DNA of 61,701 nt, filler included, from Choristocarpus tenellus KU-1152 (lineage: Eukaryota > Protista > Phaeophyceae): assembly GCA_964200185.2 (NCBI GenBank). It is 11 parts of 11 records of this genome, joined end to end, with 100 filler letters (N's around TTAATTAATTAA, not from the genome) between each part and the next. Parts side by side here need not be neighbours in the genome. Positions count along the whole stretch, not along the records: positions 25,274 to 37,469 come from CAXNAD020001928.1; positions 37,570 to 45,471 come from CAXNAD020005423.1; 9 more parts are not named here. One strand, given 5' to 3'. Below the pieces are notes generated by a model, which saw nothing but the letters and a program-made list of their open reading frames with translations, was not told where the DNA came from and searched no databases. Every line of letters begins with the position of its first letter. Position 1 is the first letter of the stretch. The translations under genes and the position numbers were made by a program. This document shows positions 25,343-41,800 of the stretch, piece by piece.

Positions 25343-27299
25343 ATTATATGTGTGTGCGTGTGCTGATAGTATGTGTACACTGCTACTCGAGAGTAGTAAT
25401 ATATAGACACTTCATTGGGACATTCGGAGTATGTATAGTAAGCTATCATTACGGGAGGAGATAGTAGGAAACGGAATTCGGTTTCTGGGACACGTTTTTT
25501 CGTTTTTTGAGAGGCAGAATTTTACTTTGCAAGTCACACTTTACTGCATCACTAAGTAAATGCATCTGGTATATCCATCACTGGCTCTCCATCCTATATC
25601 TACTCCATCAGTGGTATCTATAGTGTATCAGCAGCACAATCAAGAAACAGACCAAAGTTGAAGCAACAATGTCACGGCAAGTCCAGCACAAGATTCGGGG
25701 TATCAGTCAGAGTGACAAGTGGTGGGATTTCTGACAACGTCCAAGAGGCACAGCATGGACGACAAATGCAATACAATTTGTTGTAGCTACAGTCCAAAAC
25801 ATAGTTACAATAGTTAGTATGAGAAGTGGTGTATTTTGCGGTGCCTCCAACGACGGTTTGGCATAGTCTATCAAGTGAAACTGAATAGTATCATAATATT
25901 AGTAGCAATAATAACGGCCCATAGTTTGCAATGTACATAGTATGTTGTCAACTTCCCTACATTTTAGGTTGAATCAAACTTCCACAGATATCGTTAGAGC
26001 ACTGTAAACCCAAACTCAGAAACGATGTATTGCTTTTTCAGAGAATACTCATTAATTTAGTACTCTGAAGTTTCGTCTAAAAAACGTAATAAGTAAATGA
26101 TGCACTTTAAACAGAGAAATGACTGCAATACGATAAAGCTTTAAGATGCGTTTATATAGATTTAACAGCTACGTTCTTAAGAGAAGATCAGTAATACAAA
26201 CTAGAACGGATCAAAGATGTTCCTCTACCACTCGAATATTAGAACATTATACACGCCTGGCAAATGCTTCCCCCCAAAAGAATTCCGTACCCTGATTAGG
26301 TACGCTTCATCAGTTCCCGATGGGTACCACTGTAAAAGAGGCTTGACAAAACGAGGAAGATGAGACCAAGTACTCAGGGGGACTATTTCAATTGAGATTG
26401 AGAGTGAGAAGAGATCGACAAGTAAGAGATTCCCTGACTCTTGCAGTAGCAAGCAAGAGTATCACATGGCAAACAAGTACAGCATCATTAGAATTAGGAG
26501 GGGAAAGATATCATGTGAGTATCAACAGGGCAAGGGCGGTTTGATAGAGTAGTGTACCTGAGATAGAGGGACAGTGGTGAACAGTGCCATAATGTGTTCG
26601 TTTCTACTCAGAGAAGAGTATTTCCCTCAGTAGTATGTGGTGTATGTTCTACAATGAAGGTCTATTTTGAATCTGTCACATTTTATGCTAGCATGTTGGT
26701 TTGCGTTGAAAGGAATAATCTCCAAGGGCGTTATGGATAGTACTGCACCAGAGTTTGAAGGAAAACTATATCCAGTGCGTCTTGTGTATGTTTGATGGTG
26801 AGACATGAGTCTCTCTATGCCAACGACATCCCATTAATGTGACTTCTTGATACTGTTTAGTAGAAAAATATGGTTGGAAAATTCCCTCTGTGGCTTTGAC
26901 TGGTCTATGCTAATAGAAAAGCCTCCAATAGACATTACGTTTGGAGTAATCTGTGTTGGAGTTTTCACTTATCATTAACTCAAACACAGAATGAGGACTA
27001 TGGGGTATGAGTGTCACTGTGCAGTAACTAACGCTAGGGCAATGTTCGAAGGATTTCTTAGGGGGGGATACCCACCTAGCTGGATCCCCATGTAGGGTTC
27101 TGTAACGACCTTCACAATAAATCGGTTTTGTCTATATTAGATCAAGAAGCCAAGACGAGGTGTTCCCTTTCCCAGACTAGTGCAACTGCCTGATAATAGC
27201 ATGGAAGCAGAACCTTATGCTTATCGAAGGGTGCATGCTACAGGCAATGATCCTGTATGGGTTTTTGTCTTGAGGAGTAGTTGTGATTAGGTCATTATT

Positions 27300-27480
27300 A
27301 TGACATGGGGGTTATCCTCTGGAGGGTATCTGATAGCACAAGTGCAGCGCTTCAGTGGTATTTGTCCAAGCTACTCTGAATGGAATAATCTTGTACCTGC
27401 ATTCTTAAGCACTGAGGCTGCTACACTATCGGAGAGAGGTGAATTAAAGTTAACTCAGTGCCGAGACAGAATGATCTGAA
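27300..27480 (+). mobile_element. Possible degenerate Ty3/gypsy-like gag fragment
   Basis: SAALQWYLS, frameshift, then EWNNLVPAFLS...ELKLTQCR. Resembles the retrotransposon gag pattern A..WY...W..L...FL. Confidence 0.3.
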
Positions 27481-27627
27481 ATTTCTTGTCTTACGACATA
27501 CAAGATTCTCTCAGGAGGAGTGTTGTCAATGTCAACAGTGACCACAAAAAGCCCGATTCCGCAGGTCCCCATCCCATGCAGAGATAATGCATAACATACA
27601 ACACATTCCGGCTATTCTGAAAAAAAC

Positions 27628-30600
27628 TCACGTCTCAATTGCACAGTAGCCCTGCGACCTTCCCTTTGGAGTAGTCGGCACAATGTTTAAAAGTCTAAGT
27701 GCTTGCGACTCATCATCACCTAAGGGTACATGCACTGGCGCTGTGGGGCTGTTATTGATCATATCAACCGCCTCAGTCTCCACAGTCCTCTTTCCCTCAT
27801 CTATCCACTTTACGGTAATCATGAGGATGTATGGCACTATTTGGCATATCAATACAATAACGAACAAAACGCGGGGCCATCTCGTGATCTCCCATGCACC
27901 TGAGATGACAAAGGGCGTTACGTTCGCACCTACATGCAACCCAAGCAAGACTACAGATGTGCTTAACCCTGATGGCGATGTCACTTTGTTAGCAAAGTCA
28001 AAGGTATACCCAGACATTGGACCTTGGGCTATGCTATAAACACCCATGCACATCCACAACACCATCGCATTTGAGGGGAACACAATGATGACCAGCAGAG
28101 CCGAAGAGGTGCAAACCAAGAGCAATGTAACATGCCTGTAAAGCCTTGACAGAGTAAGGCCTTGGAGGTCCCAGAGACCAATGACACGGCCAACAGAGAT
28201 TGCCACCCACATCAATGTGAGGAGGACAGGTCCATACATCGTAGGGATGGTACCTGTGTCATGCACATACTGAATCAAGTACGATGTCATTCCAACCTGG
28301 AGAGAACACCATGTGTTAAGCATCATGGAGGTCATATTAAGTGGGATAACTACCGTCAAGAAGCATGCAAAACATTTCTATTAAGTTGCACTGCAGCATG
28401 TCGTGTTATACAAGACCTTGCAGTGTGTCTACAAAAAAAGGAAAACTTCAGATTGTATTGAATGAAGTCTTTGCCATACCAGCTTTCTATGAACAACTAA
28501 AACATCCAAATGTTTTAAGGTTGAGTTAATTGTGAACTCACAAAAAAATAAGAAGTGGAGTGCTGCAGGGGGGCCATTGAAAGGGCAGGCCTTCCAGCAG
28601 AGACTAAAGATGTACAACAGAGAAATAACTTCAGCTGCTTTGTTGTGCTTGCAATCCTATAGTAGGAAGATGCACAGAAAACATCCCAAACTTCTTCAGC
28701 TAGCAAAAATATAGAACTCAGGTTGCTCACAGCAGGTGGGTTCTACGCATGATATCATTTCATCCAAGCATGAGACAGCAAACGAACGAAGGCAGGAACA
28801 TCTTGATGCTCACCTTGGCCCCAATAATGCAGAACAGCATGCCGCTAATACAAAACTCGATCTGGTGGTTGTGAAAGAAGCCTGCCACCGAATTCCCAAC
28901 TGGTATATCACCTGTATTCCCTGTACTATCCGCAGCAGGGTCGGCCATTGGTGGATCGTTCGGTACGGGTGCCTGTGGGTGAGCCATGGAGAACAGCGAT
29001 GTGGGTCGAAAACAACGTCAGAAAAAGAACAGTGGTAACAAACTCCAACGCCCAGTCTTCTACCAGAGTGTTTTTGTCATGGGAGCATTATGCTACATTC
29101 AGGCGATGATTAGTCTGTATGCTCTCGCTTCTTCATATCCATTCACATTGAGTATCACAATTGACATCAAGTATTAACCCCTCTATCAATGCTTTCAGAG
29201 CTGCAAATATCCCAACTGATACAATCTCGAAGTCAACACAAGGGTGTACAACACTACAATTGTGGTATGTTATCATTCATCTATCCATGCAAAGAGGAGA
29301 GTGAGGCCGACAATGTGCTCATATGAGCGTGTACAGCTCAACCTTGAAGTATAAGGATTTGGCATATGTGACATGTCACCCACAAGAAAGCAACACGACC
29401 TGGTATTATCAGGGCATTCTCCTTGTGATAACAAATATTGTATTGGGGGGAAATAATGCCGTAACAACACCACTTCATAACAGAAACCTCACAATTGAAA
29501 ATATTTACAATTATGAACCCTGGGGACAGCCCATTCCAAACATGGTAGAGCCCTACAAAAGACACCATAACATGTTCAAACAACACCACACAAGAGTTGG
29601 CTTGTGTTTTGTGATACTGAAAACAGAAGAATACAAATGTGGGGGTCACGTATGATGCCAAAGATCGGTAAAGGGTCGTAGACATTGACGGTCAGGACTT
29701 CTGTGTAAGTTTCGTGCCAAGATGAAGGAAGGATGACATATAATATATTTAATACAATCCAGAACAATGACCTACCAACACATTGAGCAAATAGGACACA
29801 TTCCCACAGCAACATCCCCATCCCGCTCAATTTTCTTACTAAATCTTGGCATCATTATCAAGAGGTGCATTATGTTCCAGACTTTCACGAAAAGTTTTGG
29901 TTGGGTGGGACACATCAAGTTCCCTCTTCCTACATCAAATGGCTATTGCTCCATGCAGTGTTTGTTGGTGTTTCTTAATTTGCTGCATTGTGGTGTTGCA
30001 TGAACCCCAAAAATATCTGCGGACTATGCCAACGATGCCATGTCTTTCGTTAGGCACACCAATCATCGGTGGTGTGAATTACATCCAGACAAAGAGCAAA
30101 GATGTTTACATAGTGAGTTGTACCTACCTTCAGGAGTCCCTCGTGCTTCTCTGGTGACGGTACAAGGATGTGCACCAATCCAACAAACAAGCTAAAGCTC
30201 GCTAGGATGCAGTACTGATAAAAGAAGGACTTGGTCAAGAAAGCAGTCAGGGGGGCCAGGGATCCAGCTGTGCCAAAGCAAACACTGGTAGCCCCTAACC
30301 ATGGTCCAGCATCCTGACCCTGCAGCTTTCGTAACATGATCTGGACTCCACAGCTGAGAATGCCATTAGTTAACCCGATGCAAAAGAAATAAATATTCAA
30401 CACAAGGATGGAAGTGATGAAAGGCAGGGATACCAGCGCTCCTGTGAAGAAGAGCATAGTACTTACAAAGATAGTCTTGCTGAGCATCCACCTGACCAAA
30501 TTTGCAGTGACTGCCGTGCCGAGGATGCTGCCAACGCCACGAGAAATGAAAATAGCGCTAAACTGAAACACGTGACGCATGGGAGGGTGTAGCCACCATA

Positions 30601-31072
30601 TGCGTAAGATGAGAACAAATGGAACAATCGTGCCTCAAAGGGATTATAGTTATTCATGCTCTAGGAATGTTGGTGAACGCAGAAGATGGAGAAAGAAAGA
30701 AAAATCACTGTACTCATTGCCACACTACACTTCCGAGTGTAGTATCAGCACATTAATTCACCACCAATCGTTGCAGTACAAGGAACATCTCTGCACAGGA
30801 AAAGGTAGATATCGTCAGCTTCTGAACAGATGCAAGAAAAGGATGTGTTGAGAAGGTACATAAATTATAACGGACCGAAACGCACCACACAAATTCACGA
30901 AGAGATGAGACATGTGTCTTACCGCCGAGTCGACTGCAGACGTCCGACCACAGTTTCTCGCCAGGTCGTAGAGACTTCCTCCGAGAGAAACCTCAATCGT
31001 GCCAGCAATCCCCATTCCCAACATGTACGCTACCCCAAGGGCACGCCTGTTCCTGGTGAGCACTTTCGTCAT
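27628..31072 (-). CDS. Major facilitator superfamily transporter (MFSD4/NaGLT1/FucP-like)
   Basis: Phase-0 exon chain 31072(or further upstream)-30923, 30562-30128, 28972-28814, 28296-27628. Motifs SLGGSLYDLA, FISRGVGSILG, GAKVGMTSYLIQY, WVAISVGRVIG; many hydrophobic helices. Start codon uncertain. Confidence 0.88.
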
Positions 31073-31949
31073 GTCGTTCGTCCACCCTTCCTCTGGATTG
31101 GAGAACCGATCAGATTCGGTGCTGTCGTATCGAGTAGATTTACGGTGGTTATCTACTGTGCGTGTCACGTTCACACAAGACTGGAGTACCACCTAGTGCG
31201 ATTAGAGTATCGTCTCCGTACCGTCTCTAACCCTAGGTGAGGCGAAACAATTTGTACCTTCACTTTGTACTTCAAGGCTAGTGCAAGGTGTGTTTGACAG
31301 GTCGCAAGAGTGTTACTGATGATACAGGAGCCCACACCCCGTGTAGATAGGGCATCGGTGCGGGCGTGAAGAGAAGCGATGGGGTAAGGAGGGGATGGAG
31401 GTACTCGTTTCAACTAAAGACCATGGCATAGATAGGCATGGGGAAAATTTCAACAGATAATGTTTGCTGTTGGAGACAAATATTATGTGCATGGCAAAAT
31501 GACGAACCAATCGAACCATCGAACTCATGACCAATCTCTTTAGAATATAGAGGTGAGATGAAAGATGGGTTTTTCAATTTTTGTTGTGATTCAGCAATGT
31601 ATGGAGACATGGAAATGTGCAGAAAAATATTATTGGATCAAATAGTCAGTGTAGTACTATTGTTGTATGTAATAGTTTAGTACCACTACGAGTAATCAGA
31701 CACACGTGAATAGTTCCCATTAATGTTTCTTATGAAACATATCCAAAATGTGAGAGTGTATAATAATACAAGATAAAAAATCTTTACGTAAGACAGAATC
31801 AGTTGGTCAAAGAGAAATTGATTGTGTTTGGAAGAATAGGATTCAAGTGTGGGTTGATGAACTGGAGTAGAGACAAGTTCAGCAATAGGAAATATTGTAT
31901 CGAGTGGTCGGTAATGAATGATTAGTGATCCACAGAATAAGGTGGAATG

Positions 31950-32400
31950 GTTACAAGGGATCACCACTCAGAGGATGAAGGCTCGCTCCTTTCTACTTGC
32001 TGTCATGTCCCCTGAGAAATGTTGCATTATGTGAGTTGGGTAAAGAGGTTATGTTCCTTCAGCAAGTGAACATGTTCACATGCAACTACTTCATGAGGAT
32101 TTTTTCCGTATCAGTGTTCGAAGATAATCATGGTACAGTGAGGATTGCTCAGAATGTTGTATCTGGGGGGGACAAAGCGCTTAGACATGGAAGATAACAA
32201 AGGAGCAATCAAGATGGTCCATAATCTATTCAGTAGTTACAGGACCAAGCAAATAGATGTGCAAAGTACCGTTCCATAAGGTAGCTTGTGAAGAAGAAAA
32301 CGATATGTTGTGTGTGAGTAGATAGGGATGGAGGAGCAACATGCTAGACGTGATATCCAAGCCACTAGATGTAGGTCATTTTGAGAGGCATATTTGAGGC
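31950..32400 (+). mobile_element. Degenerate Ty1/copia RNase H fragment
   Basis: VALCELGKEVMFLQQV...SVFEDNHGTVRIAQN...(TK)RLD...LDVISKPLDVGHFERH, matching the copia RH pattern EY.A..E / EDN.GA / ADI.TKPL. Confidence 0.8.
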
Positions 32401-34189
32401 TGTCATGGATTCAAGAGTGTGAATGTGTTGTGTGTATGTTTGAGGTTTTGTAATGGCTTGGCACAGCAGGTTGGGGGTGTTGGAATATAATGTGCGAGTC
32501 ACACAGACATAGTGGGACACTGTCAGAGACAACAGAACATTTCGTGGGGCAATGGGATATTCTAGGACTCAACAGGGATGTTTTGGGGTCACTGTGGAAT
32601 GAGTGGGGTATTCTGGGACAAAGATATTCCAGAGATGAGGAGCATAAGTGGAATAAGAGAGAAGATATAGTCCTGCTACAAACAGATGTTGTGGAAAGAG
32701 AACATTCTTACACACACACACACACCGTCGTTATGTTCCTCAATTTCAAACATCCAACCTTGAGTCTTCTCACATCATGTAAGATTAATAATACAAAGGA
32801 TTCAACAAGAACGCACCCTGCTGAGTGATCAACTTACCTACAAAAGGGAGGAAGTCTGTGTGAGAAAGGAAGAGAGATCAACTCGAACATCAGGGGGGTC
32901 TGTGGCTGCTTCTTCGAAATTTGAAGATTGAGGCCAAACGTGCATGACGTATAGCGGCGGGATTTGGCCATGACTTGGACCTTGAAAGTGGCCAAACAAA
33001 AAATCAAACTGTGAAAGAGGCTCCACAGACCATTGTCCAGATATAACCATGATCCAGACAGCATCAAAATACATCACTTTCTGACTTAACCATCTCCACA
33101 AAATGTTTAGTACAGATTTGAGAGTGCTGATGGAAGGGACAGAGGTGGTGTCTGATAATGGTCACGGATATCCACCAGTCCACATGAAGCTATAGCTATT
33201 AGTATCTTCCTATAGAAATCAGTGGTCGATTTTTGGTACCCTCCACCACACTAAAACGCTACGATTACGATGTCTTGTATTCAGTATATTGGTTGTTTAA
33301 GCTCCTTCTTGATGTGATTCAGTCTGCTATTAGGGTTGATTGTTCACATGGCGAATGACAAAAGCTCCTTCCATACAACTCAATCCTCACGTATTGATCA
33401 GACAACGGACCCCAGTGGCAACAAAAATGTGCAAGATCTCCATCTGATAAGGAACTTTCTTCCCCATTCACATTCAATTCTCGGGGAGCTTAGCACTGTT
33501 TCGATTGCATGTCTACCGAGCACTCCTCACAGGGTATGGGCCTCAGTAGTATGTGTACTACAATTGCCCTAAACACGCAGGGGCTAATGACGTGACGGGG
33601 TAGAATAAATTGACAGCGAAGAGAAAGACAAGAAACGGAAAAGGGAATGGGAGAGGAGATACAAATGATGTTGGAGACGGTAGAGGAAGAGCTGGAAAGG
33701 CCAATTGTATCGTTGAGGGTGTGGGAGCGCTTGGCTCAGGTTTTCCATTTGGGGCTTTATCGAGTATTGTAAAACACTCCAGTTTGATCACCCGTTCTGC
33801 AGGTGATTTTCTTCAGATTTGGTCCAGGGAGGGGTATGGATAAGTAAGGTACATCCAGATGAAGGAAATTGACTTTTACATTTGAGATGTTCACTCAAAG
33901 GATAAGAAAATCACATAAAGGTCACAAAGGCCCCTAGTGGACACCTGACCCTCCTTACTATGATGGTATGGACCATAATCCACCAGTACAGCTGGTGGAT
34001 TCTCCCCTTTAAGAAATGATGGAAGAACTCGAGAATGTGATGGCCTTTGATACTTTGACAGTGGATATTCGGGACACATGACTGATAACCCCGCCACATT
34101 GATATATCCAAAAACCATTGGTAGGGAACTGGTGACGGTTGTGAATAACGAAGTCAAATATCGTGCCTCACCTCGCCCATTTCCCTCAC

Positions 34190-35259
34190 CCTGGTCCCTC
34201 TCACGTCCACCCCTGCTTCTCCCTGCATGGCTGATATGGCCTCCTCATGTGTTGCCACACCCTCCAAATGAGCTTGCTGCATGACTGCTGCTCTGGCAAC
34301 TCTAGGTGTCAGTTCAGAAACAACAGAAAGGGAACCGAAGTATATATACACATATATACATAAATACATATGTGTTGGAGAGCAAGGAGACACGGAAACA
34401 GTAGTTCCAACAGATGGAAGGAAAGGAAGAGGAAGGAAACAAGGGTGGCAATTAGTGGTCTATCTCAAATGCAAGACTTCGTTGATATGCATGCTGTTGG
34501 TAGTGAGGGAGACAAACGCTTTGGATACTACTGCTATGCATCACTGCCAATAGCTGCATTAAGTGTTCAACTCTTGTTATGATTTCTAAGGACTATGTAA
34601 TACGATATTTGGCATGATAGAGGTACTTGGTGAAACAAAAAACGAAATTGGTCGCATCTAACTGTAGGGACTACGGCAATGAATTAGTTTGGGCGTGTGT
34701 TTGTTGCACAGTGCATAAGAGAACCTTGCAGTGAATGCCAGGAAATGTAAATCGCGATGCAACAATATCAACGTTTCTATTTTACCCCCCGATTCGTTTG
34801 ACATTGCGAAATGTATATACATATGTTTCCAAACACACACATCTACTTGAAGCAAACATAAATCAGTATGACGATGCAATGATCAAGGGTGTTCTATTGG
34901 TCAAAATGTTCCTCTTTGTACCACATCATGTACCCTTCAATCTCCTCAATAGTAGTACCAACTATGGCAGCGTACAATAATTTTAGATTTTTTTTGTCCA
35001 CACTATGGGGGCACAAGTAAACCTTCATCAACCCGGGCACCAAACAAAAAGAAGAGGCCCAACACATCCTTTGACTGGTAGCAGCAGTCCATCTCAGGGA
35101 AACCTCTATCGTCAAAGCCCCTTCCTGGCCAATCGAATACCTGGCGCTGATACTCCGAACATTTGATAGGACTGGGTATATACGGACCTCTGCTAACGCC
35201 TCGGGCATGTTGGAGGCAGCCAAAGCCTCAGATGCCGCCATGACCACTCTATCTGTAAC
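34190..35259 (-). CDS. Malic enzyme, C-terminal exons (partial, possibly diverged)
   Basis: Exon 35259-35141 VTDRVVMAASEALAASNMPEALAEVRIYPVLSNVRSISA splices in phase to an exon starting at 34301, RVARAAVMQQAHLEGVA. Matches the malic enzyme pattern TD.M...AA.ALA...G.IYP.L..IR.IS..VA.AV...A..EG.A. Confidence 0.7.
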
Positions 35260-36164
35260 CTACGATACAGAGATAAAGCGACTTGAAAGGAAACTATCAA
35301 TATGAAGTTGTGTGTGAAGAAGTTTAACCTACATAACTACATGATGGTGCAACGTGCAATCGATACATCAGGGACAACCACAGGCCTATTAGTGGTGGGG
35401 TGCCGATTATCCAATAAAGCTACCCTTACTAATCCTCCAGAAGCAAGGTTTAGTTGACAATATTATCTCCCAGAGTTTGTATGCACAACAACAAAATCGT
35501 ACAGGAGGGTTTACATGATGTGCAGCATAGGGAATGTTGTATCCGCAGCAGATTGGTGTTTGTGAGAGGAATGATAGCTAGCAAATGAGAAAATGAGTCA
35601 AAACAAATGATAAAAGGATGTCGGTATAACATACGATCCTTCCTCTAAGACCATACTATCCACTCATCACATCCTTTTCAAGGCAACCGCTTGCAAAATT
35701 AAACCGATGCAAACTCAGAATTTTCTTGCAATTGTAGAACCCCCCCCCCTGTCATTCTCACGCATTTGCGCTGAACTGTCATTAAACACAATGACATACA
35801 GGTGGGAGAGCAACGGTACTTGTAACACAAACCGGATATGAAGCCATCGGTGACCAGGTATTGACACCTTGCCAAAGACAAGAAAACGACCAGTAATCTA
35901 CCCCCCCCCCTCATCAGACCGCATTCCCACACCACGTCCTCCTCCTCCTCCTCCTTGTTACACTTGCTCGTTGAGACTAAGACCGAAACTCTCTGATACA
36001 CACATACACGTTTTCTCTCAAGTATTTTCAATGATCGAAGCCGTAACTGTCAATACCTACATACATTTCGAATCACATGCTGTTGAAACACTAGCTCCCA
36101 CACAGAGGAGGGAAAACAACAATCGAGAGTAGGACAACCCTTGCTGCGATTGTCAGTGAATTAA

Positions 36165-36422
36165 GAGTGAAGGTATCTTAGAGGGTACGAGTTTTGCCCT
36201 ATTTGTCTATTTGGGGCTTGGCTTCCCATTTTTTTTTTAATGACATTTTCCTCTTCCAAAATATTTCGAGTAGGTAAAATCTGTACGTTTTGAAAAGGTG
36301 TATCCGGAACAAGGATAAAGAGACTTCCTAACAAGCACGATAGCCAACACTACATCAAAATCGCAACATTGAATTGTGGCCCCCAATTGGACGCGGATAT
36401 ACCCTCTAACATACTTCGGCTC
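36165..36422. mobile_element. MITE family A copy
   Basis: GAGTGAAGGTATCTTAGAGGGTA ... TACCCTCTAACATACTTCGGCTC. Confidence 0.9.
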
Positions 36423-37569
36423 GTATGTCACACAGTAGACACACAAATAACACCATGCACTAGGCCCCACTGGTCAATGGCAACGAAAACACATACGATA
36501 ATAATTCTTAAAATACCTCTAAGTATATGCTACTATGCATACTCTCTCTTCCACCACCCCCCCCACATGCTTCCCCATAGAAACAGATTGTAACATTTAC
36601 TTGGGATGAGTGGAAAGTCATTCAATGATCTCATCAACCACCACCATCTGCCTCAAGAAAAGAAGAACGCTCCTCTATATCCCTTTTAATTCCCATGACA
36701 GACTCCCCAAAACCCTAACCCTCTCACTTGTGTAGTTCTTTATAGCCTAGCTCTGAGGGCGAGCCCTGGGAAGACATTGAGGTTACTGCTTTGGTTGCTT
36801 GGAATCACCTGAAATCGGGGAGGGCGGAAGGTATGGTATACAAGTTGTCTAGCAGAGATTTACAGACATTTTGACATCAGCTGGAACTTGTTCGATGATG
36901 TCATAACTTCAATCAAGTTAGCATCAAGATTCACACGCCTTAGTGCTCACACTTTCATAGCGTTACTATCGAGAGAGAGAGAGAGAGAGAACAAGAGTCA
37001 ACACTTGACCACACGTTGTCTTATGCAAGATCTACACTTGACCACATACTGAGCTTTGCATACGGATTATCTTTCTTGGAAATATCTAACAGCATGTCTA
37101 TCAATATACAATTTTTCACGAACATTTCGGAAATGCTAATATTTAACTCAAGCCCCCTTCGATCCAAAGCCCCCTTCCCGCTGTCTCCGATCAAAATCTC
37201 TTCCTCCCTGAGCTGCCATTCCTTTCCTCTCCTGCTCTCCTCCACCTCTCACTCATTAGAGTAAAACTGAGCTGACAGTTTAATGAAAAGGATGGTTTAA
37301 CGCACCTAACATGTACCGATAGCAACACTCACCTTTCACTTTTACCGACCCAATTATATCCTTTTTTTTACACCATATGAACAATCACCGCGGGGAGGAG
37401 GGGGGGGGAAAGGGGGTTCCACTGATCGGGGTAAGTCTTACCCCCCTGCCCCCTCCCTCCCCCCCCCCCNNNNNNNNNNNNNNNNNNNNNNNNNNNNNNN
37501 NNNNNNNNNNNNNTTAATTAATTAANNNNNNNNNNNNNNNNNNNNNNNNNNNNNNNNNNNNNNNNNNNN

Positions 37570-38891
<1,322 letters not shown>

Positions 38892-41800
38892 AGCCAATAT
38901 GAGGGCCTGTCTCTTCCCCAGCTCCTACACTTTCTGGGGTTCAATAAGTGTTGATCTGGATGGGATGGCAGAGATCAGGAGTTCATAAACGCTTCGAGGC
39001 GGATTTTGTTTAGTTTTCCTTCTAAATCCATAATATCAGTCTCCATAACAATGACCATTTTCGAACAATAGTTATGTGTACACTCCCTAAGATAATACCT
39101 CCACTATGCGAATTCAGAGTGTGTCTGTGTTAGGGTTCGGAGCGAGGAGGTCACCAACAGGTTCCTAGTGTAGAATAACCCCTGTTGGACATGTCAATGC
39201 GACCAATCCCCCAAGTACAAACCCACTACCCATGTCAAACGTGGAGGTTTTTCATACTTTCTTTGTAAATTGATAGAAAATATGTCATAGGCGAACACAA
39301 CTTACTGAGAAGTATCGACACCACCTATGTCTACGACGCGATCCTTCCATTACATAGGCAAGCTGTTTTTAACAAGGAGTGGGTGTGTACAGGTCGTCAC
39401 GGTCCTTTTACGAGAAGACCTTTTGACACTATTGAGCGCACGTGATAATCTGTCATACTCGCTAAAATAATAGTGCTCAACATTATCACCTAGCAAATTG
39501 GCGTCCAAGACTTATTGTTACACTTGCTCACTGAAAACTAAAGCGTGTTCTGCATACTGTTAATAGAGTACTTGCTTCGCCCTTTATCGACCATAACATT
39601 TCTGTTCAATGCTAACTTACGTTTTCCAGTGAAAGGAAATTTTCATGGGTAAGGGACAAGCAAGAAACAACATATGCAGAGGACACAGCAAACGCAAGGA
39701 AAGCTATAGTCTTCATTTTTGCTTCACATTTAAGGCTTGGATGAGTAGCCAGAAACGTACCAGATCATAGATGTACCAGGTAGTATCATATGTGGTGGGT
39801 AAATTGAAGTATAAGACCACTCTAGTTGACCATTAGTTGTAGCTATTCAGGATACTCACTCGGTTGCGACTAACCACCTTTCATCACGATACTGTTCGTT
39901 CAAAGCCTGGCTACACAGACACTCCAACCCCTGTCATACGTGGAATAAAACGTAGAGTATGTACGAATATTAATTCATCATGCATTTATTCCGTTTTATA
40001 CTTCAATGTTCCTCTTCGTCGAATGGTACATGCGCAAAATACACAATTCGACACGAACGACCACCTATGGGTTTGTTACAAAAATCTGGTAGGAATCTGC
40101 ATTGTCCGATGGCATTGACCTCAATAGGGTCCAAGACTTTGGTTATGTGTTAAGTGAAGAAAAGGAATAAGTAAAACCCTCCCTCCTATTTTCCTCGAGT
40201 TCACTCTGCTCTTAGTGGGCACATTGACACATCACGATGATACACAAACGGAGTAATCAAATTCACCTTTTCTTTCACAAAGTAACCGGCATATTGGAGC
40301 CAAATTATTTGAGAGGTAGGCAGGTCTTAACCCTTTTTGTATTCCAAGCCATCTTGCCCTGCGAATACACTCTACACTCTATTTCACTGCTGAAGTGCAC
40401 AATAGTGAAGGCAAATTGATATTCCCCCTTTCCATACCTACCTCATCTGATCTACAAGATCAGCATTGATTCGTGCTTCTTTGCACTGGGTTATACCACA
40501 TCATGGTCAAAAATCGGGTGGTAGGGAAGCTGGGGAGGTCAGCAGGGAAAGAACAGCGAAGGTATTCCCGAGGCAGATTTGTGTCGGAAAAAAGGAAATA
40601 GATATTTTTGACAACAGGGTATGTCATGTGCATAAAAAAAGCTCAAAAGACCTGGTCGATTGAGCAAGGCAGGGCCTGACCCTCTCCGTAAATTCTTTCT
40701 TGCTATATTTACAGACCACCTTCATAGTACCAGGGTAGGAGAAGTAGTTCTATCTATGTCTATCATCACAATTCTACACAAAATGCATTCTTGTTTTCAG
40801 ACACGGAAGTGTATGCGTAAAGCAGCAACTGCTTGAAATATAGCGTAGACACCATTTATTTATCACACAGTCTTCTATACAATTCTTCGAAGTACCATTC
40901 ATTGCCACTGAAATAAAGATTCATCTGACCGACAACAAAGTCTCTCTGTGGGTGAAAAGTTGGGGGGAAACCTACAGGAGATTCAAGCATGGAGAGGTAC
41001 AAAAGGGAAGAGCATCCCCACCAAGGCAAAGAAACTATCAGAAGTAAGATTTCAGCCAAGGTGTGACGAGTGGGAGGATCGAGTATCAAAGAATCTCCCA
41101 TTCTAGTAAAAGATACCATGACAAAACCAATGTACTTCAGCATGCAATACCCATGAGGAAGGAATTAGGTTTGGGATATACCTGGTATAGGAAATGCCCC
41201 TAAAAAGTATAAGTTGTAGTGGAAATGATAATGAAAAAATGGAAAGCAAAACTTAGGTACATGGAAATATTTTGTGTTAGATAAATGTCATTTGATTTTA
41301 CATTCGTCCACTAAGAAAGTGAAAAGTGTTCAACGACAAGTTCCAAAAAATAGCTGCCCTTCAAATGCTACCAAGCGTAAACCTGGGAACAAACAAAAAG
41401 TAGTGTAAACAATTGTGGCATTACTAACATCAGTCCGATAGCGGCAGCGGAAGTAGTACCACCAAGAAAATGCTACATTAAGCCAGCAAAATGATAGTGT
41501 ACACGAGATTGCAGTACTATATGCATTATTTTGGATGTCATCCTTGATATGACCAACATGGTGTTGGGCCTGCCATCATGGCGTGGGCATGAGGGTGGTG
41601 GAGGCCGGTGAGTTCCTTGTCAGCGACAGTGACTGCTTGTGAACAATGTGACAACAAGTCAAGTACCCCAAGGGGTGTGGCTTGTACAGCCCAATTCAGA
41701 CACTAACCAGCATCATACACGAAGGAACTTCTTTCCAACGCTTCCTACTGGGCCTTCCTCAACTCTATATGTAACATAACGTTCTAAAAAACGTAGACAA

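Noticed and set aside
36710-36722. Telomere-like AACCCT repeat
   Set aside because: Only two units; compatible with chance.
37021-37245. ORF with ILIGDSGKG as an upstream malic enzyme exon or P-loop
   Set aside because: The resemblance is too weak and no consistent splice phase was established.
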